In this document: one piece after another, positions 29,297-40,692 of the stretch
Layout: the number at the start of each line of letters is the position of its first letter
Numbering within the stretch: position 1 is the stretch's first letter
Assembly (NCBI GenBank): GCA_039815375.1
Contig: JBCBZJ010000012.1
Location: 24,504-88,503 of the forward strand
Direction: 5' to 3'
DNA length: 64,000 bases
DNA from: Verrucomicrobiota bacterium
GTDB lineage: Bacteria; Verrucomicrobiota; Verrucomicrobiia; Opitutales; Coraliomargaritaceae
The notes under the pieces: generated by a model
Seen by the model: the letters and a program-made list of their open reading frames with translations, nothing else
Told to the model about the DNA's origin: nothing
The model's database searches: none
Position numbers and translations under genes: made by a program

Positions 29297-30382
29297 ATGA
29301 AGATTGCCCGCTTCGACTATGAACTGCCGCCCGAACGGATCGCGCAGGAGCCCGCCCCTCAGCGAGATGCGTCCCGCCTCATGGTCATTAACCGATCCAC
29401 TCGCGAAGTCACACATTCAAAATTCGCCGACATCAATAAGTTCCTGCCTGCGAACGCTCGCTTCTTCCGCAACAACGCTGCGGTGCTGAAGGCCCGTATC
29501 TTCGGACAGCGGACAACCGGAGGGAAAGTCGAATGCCTGCTGCTTCACCCAGCTGAGGACGCAACGACCTGGTGGTGCCTGCTCAAGCCCGGCAAGAAAA
29601 CACTGGGTGTTGGCCGCTTCAGTATGGAAGGTGAATATCAGGCCGAGGTCCTGGAAGCCGGTAACAATGGAAACTACAAAGTTCGTTTCCACACCGAACG
29701 CGGAGAATCGGTCACTCAACTCTCCGAGCGCCTGGGTATCCTGCCACTGCCACCCTACATTGAGCGAGAGACGCAAGACCCAAGACATGCGACAGACAAC
29801 GAACGCTACCAGACCGTCTACGCGAACTTTGACAAACAAGTCGCTGTCGCTGCCCCAACTGCAGGCCTGCACTTCACACCAGAGCTTATCGCATCCCTCA
29901 AAAATGCGGGAGCCCACTTCCACGACTTAACTCTACAAGTCGGCATCGGCACCTTCCACCCTGTTCAGGTCACAAACGTAGAGGACCACAACATTCACCA
30001 CGAGTGGTATGAGATTCCGGCCAAGGCCCTGGCCGAGCTCCAATCCAAGGGCACCGGCCCGCGTGTTGCTATCGGCACCACCTCCGTACGCTCCATTGAG
30101 GATGCTCTGCGGCGTATTTCCCGCGATTCCGAATGCCTTACGCCGGACGGCTCGATCCAAGCCGAAGCCGACATCTACATTTACCCGCCTTACGAATTCA
30201 TGGGCGTCGACCACATGATCACCAATTTCCACCTGCCGAAGTCCACTCTACTCTGCCTCGTCTCCGCGTTTCTTGACCCGGGCCGCGAAGACGGTATCGA
30301 ATGGTTAAAGGAACTTTACGCGGAGGCCATTGCCAAACAGTATCGCTTCTACAGTTACGGGGATGCCATGCTAATACTCTAA
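29297..30382 (+). CDS. queA: S-adenosylmethionine:tRNA ribosyltransferase-isomerase
   Basis: [52 protein letters not shown]. Confidence 0.96.
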   Translation: MKIARFDYELPPERIAQEPAPQRDASRLMVINRSTREVTHSKFADINKFLPANARFFRNNAAVLKARIFGQRTTGGKVECLLLHPAEDATTWWCLLKPGKKTLGVGRFSMEGEYQAEVLEAGNNGNYKVRFHTERGESVTQLSERLGILPLPPYIERETQDPRHATDNERYQTVYANFDKQVAVAAPTAGLHFTPELIASLKNAGAHFHDLTLQVGIGTFHPVQVTNVEDHNIHHEWYEIPAKALAELQSKGTGPRVAIGTTSVRSIEDALRRISRDSECLTPDGSIQAEADIYIYPPYEFMGVDHMITNFHLPKSTLLCLVSAFLDPGREDGIEWLKELYAEAIAKQYRFYSYGDAMLIL

Positions 30383-30427
30383 TTTTATACAAATTTTCCC
30401 GGAATATATCCTGCACCCGCTTCTCAC

Positions 30428-30949
30428 ATGACCGATACATCTAATCTTTCATTCGACGAAATAGTGAGTGCCTTCTACCAGCCGCTCTATCGTTTCGGCT
30501 ATAGTTTGGCCAAAAACGAGCATGAGGCGGGCGACCTCGCCCAACAGACTTTCTTCATCTACGCAGAGAAAGGCAGTTCGTTGCGCGACAAGTCCAAAGT
30601 CAAATCCTGGCTCTTTACCACGCTTTACCGAGAGTTCCTTCGCCGTAAACGCAAGAATGACCGTATGGATAACTACGAGCCTGAAATGCTCGAAGCAGCC
30701 GGTGGCACAGTCGAGCCACATATTCGCCGCTCGATGGACGCTAACCTTGCCGTCGAAGCCCTCGAAGAAGTCGATGAAGTTTACCGCGAGCCACTCAGCC
30801 TTTTCTATCTCAAGGACCTCTCCTACAAGGAAATTGCTGAAGTGCTCGACGTGCCCATCGGCACGATCATGTCGCGACTCTCGCGCGGCAAAGCCCAACT
30901 CCGGGATATTTTTAAACGCAAAGAGGCTGAAACAGCCGATACAAATTAA
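30428..30949 (+). CDS. ECF RNA polymerase sigma factor
   Basis: A.DL.QQTF, KSWLFT, LSYKEIAEVLDVPIGTIMSRLSRGK. Confidence 0.93.
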   Translation: MTDTSNLSFDEIVSAFYQPLYRFGYSLAKNEHEAGDLAQQTFFIYAEKGSSLRDKSKVKSWLFTTLYREFLRRKRKNDRMDNYEPEMLEAAGGTVEPHIRRSMDANLAVEALEEVDEVYREPLSLFYLKDLSYKEIAEVLDVPIGTIMSRLSRGKAQLRDIFKRKEAETADTN

Positions 30950-30958
30950 TACGACAAT

Positions 30959-31798
30959 ATGGAACGCGACGAAGCAAAAGCCATTCTCGAGCTCTGCCGC
31001 CCAGGCAATGCCGAAGACCTTAAGGACCCAATGATCGCCGAGGCCATCGAGCTGATGGAAAGTGACACTGAGCTCAAGGCCTGGTTCAACGAACAACAAT
31101 TGATCGATGACCGCATCGGCGATTGTTATTGCGAGCTGGAACCACCCGCCGAACTCAAAACCAGCATCCTCGTGGGGATGCGCGCTCATGCGCAGAATAC
31201 AGAGGAGGCAGTCAAGGAATTGGAAGAGCCTGTTCCTTTTACGACTCCCTCCGGCAGCACATCCCAATCCTGGTGGCGCAACCCCTGGATAGGAGTTGCA
31301 GCAGTATTTGCGCTGCTCTTTTTTATCACAGCCGTGCCACGTGGAGGCCAAGACACCCAGCTTGCAAATATCGACACAGCGGCACTTCAAGCAGACGTGC
31401 CGGCCATGATTCAGTTTCTCGCCGGGGAAATCGATGCGGTGACAAGTCGCAAGCGCAGCTTTGCGAAAAAATCCAGCCAACCAGCCGCACTTCAGGCTTA
31501 CCTGGCGAGTGCCGGTTCACCCAGCCCGGCGACCCTACCCGCCCCTGTCGAGGATTCGCGCTCACTCGGTTGCTTCACCCTTGATTTCGATGGCGTTAAA
31601 ATGAGTATGATCTGCTTCAAAGAAGGTAAACTCGTTCACCTGACAACTGTTTGCATCACCGATTGTGGAGATCTGTTCTCCGAAGAACCTGCTATCTACG
31701 AAATACGCGATCAGGCTTTCAAAGCTTGGGTCGAGGGCGATCAAGTGCAGATTATTTCCGTGAAAGGCAGTAAGGAAGAGCTCTCTAAATTTATTTAG
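30959..31798 (+). CDS. Putative anti-sigma factor (single TM)
   Basis: Directly downstream of the ECF sigma; PP..LK..IL, one TM, periplasmic domain. Confidence 0.65.
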   Translation: MERDEAKAILELCRPGNAEDLKDPMIAEAIELMESDTELKAWFNEQQLIDDRIGDCYCELEPPAELKTSILVGMRAHAQNTEEAVKELEEPVPFTTPSGSTSQSWWRNPWIGVAAVFALLFFITAVPRGGQDTQLANIDTAALQADVPAMIQFLAGEIDAVTSRKRSFAKKSSQPAALQAYLASAGSPSPATLPAPVEDSRSLGCFTLDFDGVKMSMICFKEGKLVHLTTVCITDCGDLFSEEPAIYEIRDQAFKAWVEGDQVQIISVKGSKEELSKFI

Positions 31799-31829
31799 TC
31801 TATCCACGCTCAAACTACTAACCAAAGAT

Positions 31830-32411
31830 ATGAAACGCACACTTCTCTCTACTGCAGCGATTTTCGTTGCATCCACGGTATTCAACCTCAGCGCACAAGC
31901 AGATGTTGAAACGTATGCCATCGATGGTGGCCATTCTTCTGTAAAGTTCAGCATCCGCCACTTCGTGGCAAAAACCACGGGCAACTTCTCAGACTTCGAA
32001 GGCACCATGAAGATTGATCGTGACGATCTCACGAACAGTTCTGTTGAAGCCACCATCAAGATTCCCTCTGTCGACACTGACAGCAAGAAACGCGATGCCC
32101 ACCTTCAGGAAAATGATTACTTCGATAGTGCCTCTTTCCCGGTTATGAGCTTCAAATCGACGAAATGGGCTAAAGGAGGCAGCGATAGCGAATTCAAAGT
32201 TACCGGCGATCTGACTCTCCGCGGCATCACTAAAGAAGTCGTGCTCGACGTTGAGCTCCTCGGCTTTGGTGAAGGCATGCGCGGCGCATATCTCTCAGGC
32301 TGGGAGGCCACCACAGTGATTGATCGTACTGACTTTGGCGTGAACGGCGGCCAACCGGCAGTCGGCACCGAAGTTGATGTAACGATCAACATCGAAGCGA
32401 TGCGCCAGTAA
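31830..32411 (+). CDS. YceI family protein
   Basis: Signal peptide; HSSV.F..RH, S.DT....RD.HL...DYFD, GDLTLRG.TK, IDRTDFG. Confidence 0.93.
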   Translation: MKRTLLSTAAIFVASTVFNLSAQADVETYAIDGGHSSVKFSIRHFVAKTTGNFSDFEGTMKIDRDDLTNSSVEATIKIPSVDTDSKKRDAHLQENDYFDSASFPVMSFKSTKWAKGGSDSEFKVTGDLTLRGITKEVVLDVELLGFGEGMRGAYLSGWEATTVIDRTDFGVNGGQPAVGTEVDVTINIEAMRQ

Positions 32412-32427
32412 TTCTTTTACCATCTCC

Positions 32428-32462
32428 AAAAAGCGGACACTCTTTCGACTGTCCGTTTTTTT
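32428..32462. terminator. Bidirectional intrinsic terminator between convergent genes
   Basis: AAAAAGCGGACA...TGTCCGTTTTTTT. Confidence 0.8.
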
Positions 32463-32466
32463 GTGT

Positions 32467-33120
32467 CTATTCCGATCCGAATTCGGCGTGCCTTGGCCCG
32501 ATCAAAAGCCCCTGTCCAGCTTCCGTAAACATCCTTTGGTTATTCGTTCGTGACACACCATGAGCCGCATCCAAGGAGCTGTTTATCACTTGCGAAATTG
32601 CTGCAGCAAGGAGCATTTCAGCAATTCCACCGCTGCCTGCACTGGAACTTTGGACTGTCGTTACACGCCGGGACCAAAGCTCAATACCAGTATCAACATC
32701 GACCAAAGATGCCTGAGCAGACACGGTGGTCGAACTGTCTACGATCTGATACTTGGACCCGTAATTCTCCACGACGATGTAAAGCACCGCATCGGCTCCA
32801 ATAACCTCTTCAATCTTATCCAGAGATATTTGGTGCATCTCCCCGGGGGTCGGCATGCCATTCTCTTTTAGAAAAGCATCTGTAACTGCAACTGGATACA
32901 CATAGTATCCCTGCTCTGCCAGCGGCTGAGTCACAGTTGAAAGATAGCTATACGAGGCATTCTCTTCGATACTGTTGTTTAATGGAGGCAAAACCAAAAT
33001 CGACTTTGGTTGATGCTGCCTGAATTGCGTGTAGTCTTTTGGTAGAGGGGTCGTCACACAGCCGGTAAAAGCAATTGCAGAAAGGCCTAGTAGAAAGACC
33101 GAAAGAATCGAATGCTTCAT
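32467..33120 (-). CDS. DUF799 family lipoprotein
   Basis: Lipobox FTGC; PKSILVLPPLN, PLAE.GYYV.PV, GADAVLY. Confidence 0.88.
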   Translation of the reverse strand: MKHSILSVFLLGLSAIAFTGCVTTPLPKDYTQFRQHQPKSILVLPPLNNSIEENASYSYLSTVTQPLAEQGYYVYPVAVTDAFLKENGMPTPGEMHQISLDKIEEVIGADAVLYIVVENYGSKYQIVDSSTTVSAQASLVDVDTGIELWSRRVTTVQSSSAGSGGIAEMLLAAAISQVINSSLDAAHGVSRTNNQRMFTEAGQGLLIGPRHAEFGSE

Positions 33121-33121
33121 C

Positions 33122-33472
33122 TTATTTTGCAGAGATCTGATTTATGAAACGGTCCATCATCTTTGTGGACTCGGGAAAAGCAGTCTTTTCAGCCAAAAAA
33201 GCTCCATAGGCCTCGTCGAAACGGCCGAGTTGGTAATACAGAAAACCCATATGTGCGCGCATCCCCGGAGGAAGTGGTTTATCGAGAGAAGCAGCTTCCT
33301 CCAGGTCAGCCTCCAGAACCTCCAGCTGCGAAAGGGCATTAGCCTGATCGGGGGCAGCATACATTCGATAAAGCTGTTCCTCGTAGTCACCCCAGTGATA
33401 CGCAGTCGTCTGGACACAGCCGCAAAATAAAAACGGAGCCAACAGGCAGAAGATGGAAGAGTTCAGTCTCAT
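33122..33472 (-). CDS. DUF4810 family lipoprotein
   Basis: Lipobox; Y.WG.YE..LY, PPG..AH.G.LY, F.AEK..FPES. Confidence 0.88.
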   Translation of the reverse strand: MRLNSSIFCLLAPFLFCGCVQTTAYHWGDYEEQLYRMYAAPDQANALSQLEVLEADLEEAASLDKPLPPGMRAHMGFLYYQLGRFDEAYGAFLAEKTAFPESTKMMDRFINQISAK

Positions 33473-33479
33473 ATTGAAT

Positions 33480-34145
33480 CTACTTTAAATTTCCTGACTC
33501 GGCACCCTCTACCATTCGGTTGACGGCTTCCCGAATCGCAAGATCCAGAACTTTTCCATTCAAAGTCGAGTCGTAGCCGGAACGCCCACCAAAGCCAACC
33601 ACTTCACGGCTACTGAGCGTATACTCACCGGCACCCTGGACAGAATAGACAACATCCGACGTGACAACATCCACTGCGCTCAGGGATACCTTGGCGTAGG
33701 CAACCTGTTCTTTGCTGCTTCCAAGGATTCCATAAAGTTGCTGATCCCCAACTACCTTGCGGCCAAACTCGGTTACCTGACCGGTAAGGATTAACTGAGC
33801 TCCTTTGATTTCTTGCGTGCCACCTTCGAATTTCACCTCCCGGGCGATTTCTTCCATATTAGCACGGTCTAGAACGCTGAATCTACCAGATTGTTGAAGG
33901 TGGGTTATCAGAATTGTTTTCGCCTGACCTCCCAGGCGATCCACGCCATCAGAGAAAAGCCCCTGCATGTAAGTGCTTCGATTATCAAATTTTCCAACCG
34001 CAACCTTCTTTTTCGGGCCGCTGTAAACCGTGCCCATCGCGTCGACCGTCTTCGGTTGCACCACTTGAGAAGTCTCTGTTGCAGAACAACCCCAAAAGAG
34101 AGCAGCAACCAAAGAAATGAGAAAACACTCTATTAACTTTTTCAT
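33480..34145 (-). CDS. CsgG/HfaB family lipoprotein
   Basis: Lipobox FWGC; VGKFDNRS, RF.VLDR.N, G.VTEFGR, GYDSTLNGKVL. Confidence 0.88.
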   Translation of the reverse strand: MKKLIECFLISLVAALFWGCSATETSQVVQPKTVDAMGTVYSGPKKKVAVGKFDNRSTYMQGLFSDGVDRLGGQAKTILITHLQQSGRFSVLDRANMEEIAREVKFEGGTQEIKGAQLILTGQVTEFGRKVVGDQQLYGILGSSKEQVAYAKVSLSAVDVVTSDVVYSVQGAGEYTLSSREVVGFGGRSGYDSTLNGKVLDLAIREAVNRMVEGAESGNLK

Positions 34146-34249
34146 ATTTTTGCCACTTTGAAGCACACCGAATTTACTTATGTCAACGACCGTTCGAGTA
34201 ATGTAGATTCACTAAGCCTGAATCATACCAATTCTTCCATTTAGAAGAA

Positions 34250-34522
34250 TCACTTCAACCATGCGATAGTCGCGCCCCAGCTACCTTCGGTCTGGTCTGC
34301 AAGCTGAAAACGCTCGACCCGGTCGTCCTTTCTCAGGATCGCATGCACCGTCTCGCGAAGTGTGCCGATGCCCTTGCCGTGAATGATACGGACTCGCTTG
34401 ATGCCTTTCTCCAAACAGAGCCCGATGTAGTCCGGAACGAGCTCGCCCACCTCCGATGGCCGGAAAGTGTGCAGATCCAGTTCTCCGTTGATTTCAAATT
34501 CTATGGGCTCGGGATCGTCCAT
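34250..34522 (-). CDS. Smr/MutS family protein
   Basis: LDLH.F, RIIHGKG.G.LR, WGAT. Confidence 0.92.
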   Translation of the reverse strand: MDDPEPIEFEINGELDLHTFRPSEVGELVPDYIGLCLEKGIKRVRIIHGKGIGTLRETVHAILRKDDRVERFQLADQTEGSWGATIAWLK

Positions 34523-35775
34523 TACTCCTCCTCTTTGGGTAGGCTCGGTTGTTTCTCAATCGCTCCGATGTCGGGGAGCTCTTTGGTCGAAACGCTCTCC
34601 TTTGCTTCGAGTTTGCGAGCTGTGCTGAGGAGACGGGACTCGACCGAACTGACCGCCTTGTTGTAGTGCCCAACAGTCTGATCAAGGCTTTTGCCGAGCT
34701 TCGCAAAATGGGCAGAGACGACGCCGATGCGGTCGTAGAGCTCGCTTCCAAGCTCTGCAATTTCCTTGGCCTCGCGGGCAATCGCTTCCTGCTGCCAGCC
34801 GTAGGCGACGGCTTTGAGTAAGGCGATCAAAGTAGTTGGCGTCGCCAAAATGACTTTATTCGCTACCCCGAGCTCGATCAGCTGCGGATCCTGTTCCAAG
34901 GCAGCACTGAAGATGCTTTCGTTCGGCACAAAGAGCACGACGAATTCAGGTGTGTTCTCAAATTGGCTCCAGTAGGCTTTAGTTGAAAGATCCTGAATGT
35001 GCTTCTTCAAGTGGCGTGCATGCGCCTGCATCCGCTCGGTTTGAATCGTAGCATCCTCTGATTCCAGCGCATCCAGGTAGGCTGCAAGCGGAACTTTCGA
35101 ATCAACCACAACCTTTCGTTCATTCGGTAAATGGATAAGCATGTCCGGGCGTTGGCGCCGACCTTCTTCGGTTTCAACCGAGGTCTGCTCCATGAAATCG
35201 ACGCGATCGATCATGCCTGCCATTTCAACGGTCCGACGCAACTGCATTTCCCCCCACTGGCCACGAACCTGTGGAGCCCGCAAGGCCTGTACAAGGCTAC
35301 CGGTTGTTCGGCTCAGTTCGAGCTGCGCCTGGGAGAGCTGAGCCAGCTGCTGCTTTAGGCTGGCATTCACAGCAGCACGGTTTTCTTCGATCTTGTCGAC
35401 GCGGTGGTTGAATTGTTCAAGCGCTTTACCAACCGGTTCGACAGTCTTATGGATCGCTTCCTGACGTTTCTCCAAATCCCCTTTCGCTCCCTCCTGATAC
35501 TTTTTCAGGTTTTCTTCGGCGAGTTTGAGGAAGGATTCGTTATTCTTGGAAAGGGCATCTGCGGAGAGCGCTTTGAAGCTATCCTCCAGATTGACACGGG
35601 CTTCTTCCAGCAAGGCAAGCTTCTCGTCAGCAGCCTTGAGTTCGGCCTCGCGCCGGGCTTCGAGAGCAGCCAGTTGTTGTCTAGCCTGACCCAGTTGACT
35701 GTTCAAGAGAAAATACATCACGGCTGAACCCACGAAAATGCCCAGAAACAGCCCGATAAGAATTTGCATTTCCAT
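34522..35775 (-). CDS. rmuC: DNA recombination protein RmuC
   Basis: N-terminal TM, coiled coil, RGQWGE.QL, RPD...LP, DSKVPL, ATPTTLIALL. Confidence 0.93.
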   Translation of the reverse strand: MEMQILIGLFLGIFVGSAVMYFLLNSQLGQARQQLAALEARREAELKAADEKLALLEEARVNLEDSFKALSADALSKNNESFLKLAEENLKKYQEGAKGDLEKRQEAIHKTVEPVGKALEQFNHRVDKIEENRAAVNASLKQQLAQLSQAQLELSRTTGSLVQALRAPQVRGQWGEMQLRRTVEMAGMIDRVDFMEQTSVETEEGRRQRPDMLIHLPNERKVVVDSKVPLAAYLDALESEDATIQTERMQAHARHLKKHIQDLSTKAYWSQFENTPEFVVLFVPNESIFSAALEQDPQLIELGVANKVILATPTTLIALLKAVAYGWQQEAIAREAKEIAELGSELYDRIGVVSAHFAKLGKSLDQTVGHYNKAVSSVESRLLSTARKLEAKESVSTKELPDIGAIEKQPSLPKEEE

Positions 35776-35884
35776 GGGCTAAATTCAGATGAATTCACTC
35801 AACCGATCAATGGTTATCCTACGCTCCCTAAAAATACATAAACCTGTATGGTGCGAACAGGAAAAGGAAAATAGAATTGCCCCT

Positions 35885-35903
35885 AATGAAAGTCTATTTC
35901 ATT
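35885..35903. promoter_or_regulatory. Candidate Fur-family operator (7-5-7 inverted repeat)
   Basis: AATGAAA-GTCTA-TTTCATT in the AT-rich intergenic region upstream of the Fur-family gene. Confidence 0.35.
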
Positions 35904-36043
35904 TCATTTAATGTGTTTTCTAGAAATAGATTCGGTATAGGCTGTAGCCGTCTAACTCTATCTGTGAGGCGGAATAATTTTCTGATGTAATATGTAGTAT
36001 TTGAAACGTAAATGAATCTCAACGAGTTTACGCTGCATCTCAT

Positions 36044-36502
36044 ATGAAAATAGCCCCCAAGACCTCTGCGCCTGAAACCTCGAGTAAGCTACTCGATATC
36101 GTCATCGAGCGCCTCAAGACAAGCGGTGGTCGCATGACGAAGAAACGGGAACGTGTGCTCGGTGCGCTTTTCACGATGGACCGGCCGGCCAGTGCCGAGG
36201 AAATTCGCAAACGTGCGGAATTCCCAGAATCGGACCTTGTCACCGTCTATCGCAATCTGGAGACCTTTGAAAAACTGGGGATGTTACAACGCGTCCCACT
36301 AGAAAACGGCACTCACCTTTTTGAGCTTACTGCCCCAGACGAACACTACCATCACCTGATTTGCCGGGAATGCCACAAAGCGGAACGCTTGGATATTTGT
36401 GTAACCCATGAGCTAATCGATAAAGCAAAGTCACAAGGTTACTCACAGATCGCCCACGTAATGGAAGTCTACGGTATCTGTGAAGAGTGTGCGAAGCACT
36501 AG
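36044..36502 (+). CDS. Fur family transcriptional regulator
   Basis: R.T..R, TVYRNL, HYHHLIC..C, YGICEEC. Confidence 0.93.
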   Translation: MKIAPKTSAPETSSKLLDIVIERLKTSGGRMTKKRERVLGALFTMDRPASAEEIRKRAEFPESDLVTVYRNLETFEKLGMLQRVPLENGTHLFELTAPDEHYHHLICRECHKAERLDICVTHELIDKAKSQGYSQIAHVMEVYGICEECAKH

Positions 36503-37005
36503 TTGTGTTCGTGATCGCAGCGGTTTCTGCGGCAGAGCCGAAAGTTGCGAAAGTGCGCACTGGCTAGAAACAAACCACCCAGAGTGTTGAACCAGGCACC
36601 AGCGTGCATGGGTATGGGCTCCTCGGAAAGATCACGGGAACAGGAGGCACAAGTTTCGCAGTGAGTCATTACAGGTTCATTTATATCATGCGCGGCTGCA
36701 AGCATACGCTCTTGAACAAGGGCTATAATCAAAACGCTCAAACCGACCGCACTCAAAGCTGCAACCCACTTATCCTTGTGCTTACGGCACCCCATTAAAA
36801 TGGCAAAACCTGTCGTCGGCAGGACGAGTAACAACATCCAGAGATGGAAGTCCTCGTGGACGAAAAGACTCGTTGCAATAATAGGCAAGGCAATGATCAG
36901 AACGGGTGTCAGCAGGCAGTGCACGGCACAGACAGTCGCCATCCCGATCGCGAGGTGATCGAGCCAACTGTGAGTCCGGCAGGTGGAAACTGAAGCGTTT
37001 TGCAT
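36499..37005 (-). CDS. MerC domain-containing membrane protein
   Basis: LD...I.....CAVHCLL.P, G.R.H, AH.RN..LC; His/Cys-rich loop. Confidence 0.85.
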   Translation of the reverse strand: MQNASVSTCRTHSWLDHLAIGMATVCAVHCLLTPVLIIALPIIATSLFVHEDFHLWMLLLVLPTTGFAILMGCRKHKDKWVAALSAVGLSVLIIALVQERMLAAAHDINEPVMTHCETCASCSRDLSEEPIPMHAGAWFNTLGGLFLASAHFRNFRLCRRNRCDHEHN

Positions 37006-37055
37006 AGAATAAGCGAAAACAAGTGATGAGTGATCGCACTAGTTGCAAGTCCCTT

Positions 37056-37811
37056 TCAATAAAAAACTTTGTCGAGGAAAAGTCCCTTCGCCGGAGCAGT
37101 GACGACGCGGTGCGTGCGCTCTTTCGACTCAAGGATCGTGCGGATATCATCGACACTCAATCGCCCGCGCCCGACCCAATACAAGGCCCCGGCGAAGCTC
37201 CTCACCATGCGGTAAAGAAAACCAGAACCCTCTACATCAAGCCGTAGATGACTCCCACGCTGCACGATCTGCATGCGATGAATGGTTTTAACCGGATTCG
37301 GGTCGTTGTCCTTTCCGTGACTGGCACTGTAGGCGGTAAAGTCATGAGTTCCAGTCAGCACTTCAGCCCCCGCCTGCACCGCATCGAGATCGACTGGAAG
37401 ATCCCGACAGGCCCAGACATAACGCTCGTCGATCGGGTCGGCACGTCCAAGGTAGTAGCGATAGAAATAGCGTTTTCCTTTTACCGAAAAACGAGCATGA
37501 AATTCATCAGTGACTCTGCAAGCGGAACGGATGCGTATACTTGTTGGCAGAATTGAATGTAGTGCCCGAATCAGCTTGCCCGAATCGTGCGGCCAGTCGC
37601 CGTCAAAGTGGAAGCATTGTCCACGGGCATGCACGCCAGCATCAGTCCGCCCACTACCCTGGGTCAGCACGGGCTGATCGAAGATGCGACTGAGAGCGGC
37701 CTCCAGATAGTTCTGAACTGCATTACCAGCCGGTTGGCGCTGCCAACCGTCAAAGTCCGTGCCGTCGTAAGCGCATATACATTTCCATCTCACAGGATGG
37801 ACTCTTGCCAA
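37056..37811 (-). CDS. truA: tRNA pseudouridine(38-40) synthase
   Basis: [40 protein letters not shown]. Confidence 0.95.
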   Translation of the reverse strand: MARVHPVRWKCICAYDGTDFDGWQRQPAGNAVQNYLEAALSRIFDQPVLTQGSGRTDAGVHARGQCFHFDGDWPHDSGKLIRALHSILPTSIRIRSACRVTDEFHARFSVKGKRYFYRYYLGRADPIDERYVWACRDLPVDLDAVQAGAEVLTGTHDFTAYSASHGKDNDPNPVKTIHRMQIVQRGSHLRLDVEGSGFLYRMVRSFAGALYWVGRGRLSVDDIRTILESKERTHRVVTAPAKGLFLDKVFY

Positions 37812-37838
37812 TGCCTAGATGAATGCAAGGCTGCCTCG

Positions 37839-38591
37839 ATGCAGGAATTGGAAGTCTGGCAGTATCTCCTCATCGCGATCGGTGCCTTCTGCACAGGTCT
37901 CGGCAAAGGAGGTCTTCCGGGTGTTGGCAACATCACCGTTGTTCTCATGGCACTGGCCCTATCTGCCAAAGTTTCGGTCGGTGTCCTACTCCCCATCCTG
38001 ATTGCAGCCGACGTCGTGGCAGTCATTGTTTATCGTAGGTACACCCTCTGGCCCTACATTGTGAAGCTGGCCCCTTGGACCATTGTGGGGATTCTTATTG
38101 GTTACCTTGTTTTTAAACGAATAGACGATGCTGCAGTGCGATATCTAATCGGTATCATTCTAGTTGGAATGACCGGTGTGCATTTTACTCGCAAGTGGTT
38201 CCGCAAACGGATCGACGGCGAAGACCAATTGCCTCATCACCCTGCTTTCATTGCCTCAACCGGTATTCTGGTGGGCTTTGCGACTATGGTCGCCAATGCT
38301 GCGGGCCCCGTTGCAGCGCTCTACTTCATTGCCTCCGGACTGCCGAAGTATGCCTTCATCGGGACGGCTGCCTGGTTCTTCTTCTTGGTCAACCTCTTTA
38401 AGATACCCTTTATGATGGAGCTAGGTATCATAAACTGGGAATCATTCAGCCTCAGCGCCAGCTTCATGCTCTATGCCGTAGTGGGTGCATTGATTGCACC
38501 AAAGATCGTTAAATGCATCAGCCAACAACTCTTCGAAATTCTGATTTGGGTCTTTGTTGTCATAGGCGGACTGAAACTCATCCTACACTAA
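37839..38591 (+). CDS. Sulfite exporter TauE/SafE family protein
   Basis: G..KGG.PG, LLP.LI.AD, GF.TM.ANAAGP, F.GT.AWFF..VNL.KIP; start placed at ATG 37839. Confidence 0.85.
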   Translation: MQELEVWQYLLIAIGAFCTGLGKGGLPGVGNITVVLMALALSAKVSVGVLLPILIAADVVAVIVYRRYTLWPYIVKLAPWTIVGILIGYLVFKRIDDAAVRYLIGIILVGMTGVHFTRKWFRKRIDGEDQLPHHPAFIASTGILVGFATMVANAAGPVAALYFIASGLPKYAFIGTAAWFFFLVNLFKIPFMMELGIINWESFSLSASFMLYAVVGALIAPKIVKCISQQLFEILIWVFVVIGGLKLILH

Positions 38592-38594
38592 TTC

Positions 38595-39173
38595 ATGGCT
38601 CGAAAATCTTCACGAAAACTCTGGACTGAACATCTCAACAAAAAAGGTAATGCCAAGTCTGGCCCAGCAAAAGACGTCACTCTCGGCCAGCCCTTCAAGG
38701 GACGTGTTCTGGGCATCGACCCGAGTCTTCGAGGCAGCGGATTTGCGATCCTTGAATACGGTTCAGCTCAACAGGCTCACCTCTTAGAAACTGCAACATT
38801 AAAGCTTAAGCCCAACCTCTCTATGCCGGAATGCCTCGGCGCAATCGGCAATCAAGTAGATGACTTTCTCAATCAACACATGGTCGACCACGTGGCGATC
38901 GAGCAAACTATCTATGTGCAGAATTTTCAAACCGCACAAATTCTAGGAGCCGCCCGAGGTGCTGCTATTGCTACCGCAGCAGGTCGTGGCCTGCCGATTT
39001 TCGAATATGCCCCACTGCGCATCAAACAGGCCGTGGTCGGTCTGGGGAGAGCCAGTAAAGAGCAAGTATGCCGCACAGTTAAGAGTATCACTGGCACAGA
39101 TCTATCGAAGCGCTATGACGAATCCGACGCGGCAGCTGTTGCTTTGTGTCATGCCTTTACATGGAGAGGATAA
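38595..39173 (+). CDS. ruvC: Holliday junction resolvase RuvC
   Basis: [40 protein letters not shown]. Confidence 0.94.
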   Translation: MARKSSRKLWTEHLNKKGNAKSGPAKDVTLGQPFKGRVLGIDPSLRGSGFAILEYGSAQQAHLLETATLKLKPNLSMPECLGAIGNQVDDFLNQHMVDHVAIEQTIYVQNFQTAQILGAARGAAIATAAGRGLPIFEYAPLRIKQAVVGLGRASKEQVCRTVKSITGTDLSKRYDESDAAAVALCHAFTWRG

Positions 39174-39190
39174 GGGGTAGTTTATAAATT

Positions 39191-39982
39191 ATGAGTTCAG
39201 GTGAGTTCGAGTCGTCTTCGTTCAATCAAGCTGTCGGTGACAGCATCTTTAACAGCAGTCCTACCGACGAGGAGATCCGTCTGCAGGCACTTAATCATAC
39301 GAAAGACAAACTGCTCTCTATTGTCGGGCATGATCTCCGCACCGCAATCGGAGGAGTCCTCTCCATTTCGCACATGCTGGAAAAGCGCCTGGACGAAGGA
39401 GACACCAAAGAGGCGACACGATTGAGCGGTCTGATTCGGCGGGCATCTCGAGATGCAGACGACCTGCTCCGCGACCTCATCAATTGGACGCGTACCTCCG
39501 GCAAGGAGCTCAACTTCCGCTTGGAATCGATCGATATCATGGAGCTGGTTGAGGCAGAAGTGGAACGTCTAAAGAGCACGGCCCATCGAAAAAAACAACG
39601 CATCCGCATTCGCGCCTATGATTCGGGCATCATCCGCGCTGACTCTTACATGCTGCGGGCGATAATCCGTAATCTGCTTACCAATGCATTGAAGTTTTCT
39701 CACCTCGAAGGTGTCGTTGATATTCGGATTTACCGACAGCCCGGTCTCTGGGAATTCCAGGTTTGTGACAAGGGCACGGGAATGAGCCAGGAGGTGCAGC
39801 AACTCCTACTTAAGATAGATGGCCGTAAACAAAAGACAGGAACATCCGGGGAAAGCGGTTCTGGATTCGGCATCCTGCTCTGCGAGGACTTTATTCAGCG
39901 ACATGGAGGGCATCTCACCTGGGAGTCTGCCCCCAATCAAGGCACCACTTTTTCATTCACCATTCCCGAACTAATCGGCTGA
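39191..39982 (+). CDS. Histidine kinase (HisKA + HATPase, no sensor domain)
   Basis: [34 protein letters not shown]. Confidence 0.9.
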   Translation: MSSGEFESSSFNQAVGDSIFNSSPTDEEIRLQALNHTKDKLLSIVGHDLRTAIGGVLSISHMLEKRLDEGDTKEATRLSGLIRRASRDADDLLRDLINWTRTSGKELNFRLESIDIMELVEAEVERLKSTAHRKKQRIRIRAYDSGIIRADSYMLRAIIRNLLTNALKFSHLEGVVDIRIYRQPGLWEFQVCDKGTGMSQEVQQLLLKIDGRKQKTGTSGESGSGFGILLCEDFIQRHGGHLTWESAPNQGTTFSFTIPELIG

Positions 39983-39987
39983 TTGAA

Positions 39988-40692
39988 ATGGCAGGAAGCA
40001 TTCTTATCACCGGAGTAAGCTCCGGTCTCGGGCACGGCTTGGCAAAAGTCTACCTAGAGTCTGGCGCTACAGTTTACGGTTGCAGTCGCCGCAAACCGGA
40101 GGATCTCGAAGGACTCAAATTCAGATCGGTAGACCTTGAAGATGAAAGCTCTGGCAGTGCAGCATTTGAGGAATTGATTCATAAGGTTCCCCGTTTCGAT
40201 GCAGTCATCTTGAACGCAGCCAAACTTGGCACGATTCAAGACATGAGCGCAACACCGCTCGACGACCTGCGGCAGACCATGGAAATTAATGTCTGGTCCA
40301 ATAAATGGATGCTCGATCTCGTGTTCAGCAGCCAGCGGGAAGTGAAGCAAGTAATCGGCATTTCCTCAGGAGCTTCGCTTTCCGGGAGCCGAGGCTGGAA
40401 TGGATACAGCTTATCCAAAGCAGCACTGAATATGTTGATGAAGCTTTATGCAGGGGAGCGGCCTCAAACCCATTTTACTTCTTTGGCCCCGGGGCTGATC
40501 GACACGGCAATGCAGGACTATCTTACGAACCTCCCCAAAGACGAACGTTATGCACCACTGGAAATTCTGAAGTCCGCAAAGGGCACGGAAAAGATGCCTG
40601 ATAGCGAGACTTGTGCCCGCATGCTAATTGATGCCTTTCCGAAACTATTTTCGTATCCATCCGGTGAATACGCCGATATCAGAAAACTCTGA
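39988..40692 (+). CDS. SDR family oxidoreductase
   Basis: [29 protein letters not shown]. Confidence 0.92.
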   Translation: MAGSILITGVSSGLGHGLAKVYLESGATVYGCSRRKPEDLEGLKFRSVDLEDESSGSAAFEELIHKVPRFDAVILNAAKLGTIQDMSATPLDDLRQTMEINVWSNKWMLDLVFSSQREVKQVIGISSGASLSGSRGWNGYSLSKAALNMLMKLYAGERPQTHFTSLAPGLIDTAMQDYLTNLPKDERYAPLEILKSAKGTEKMPDSETCARMLIDAFPKLFSYPSGEYADIRKL

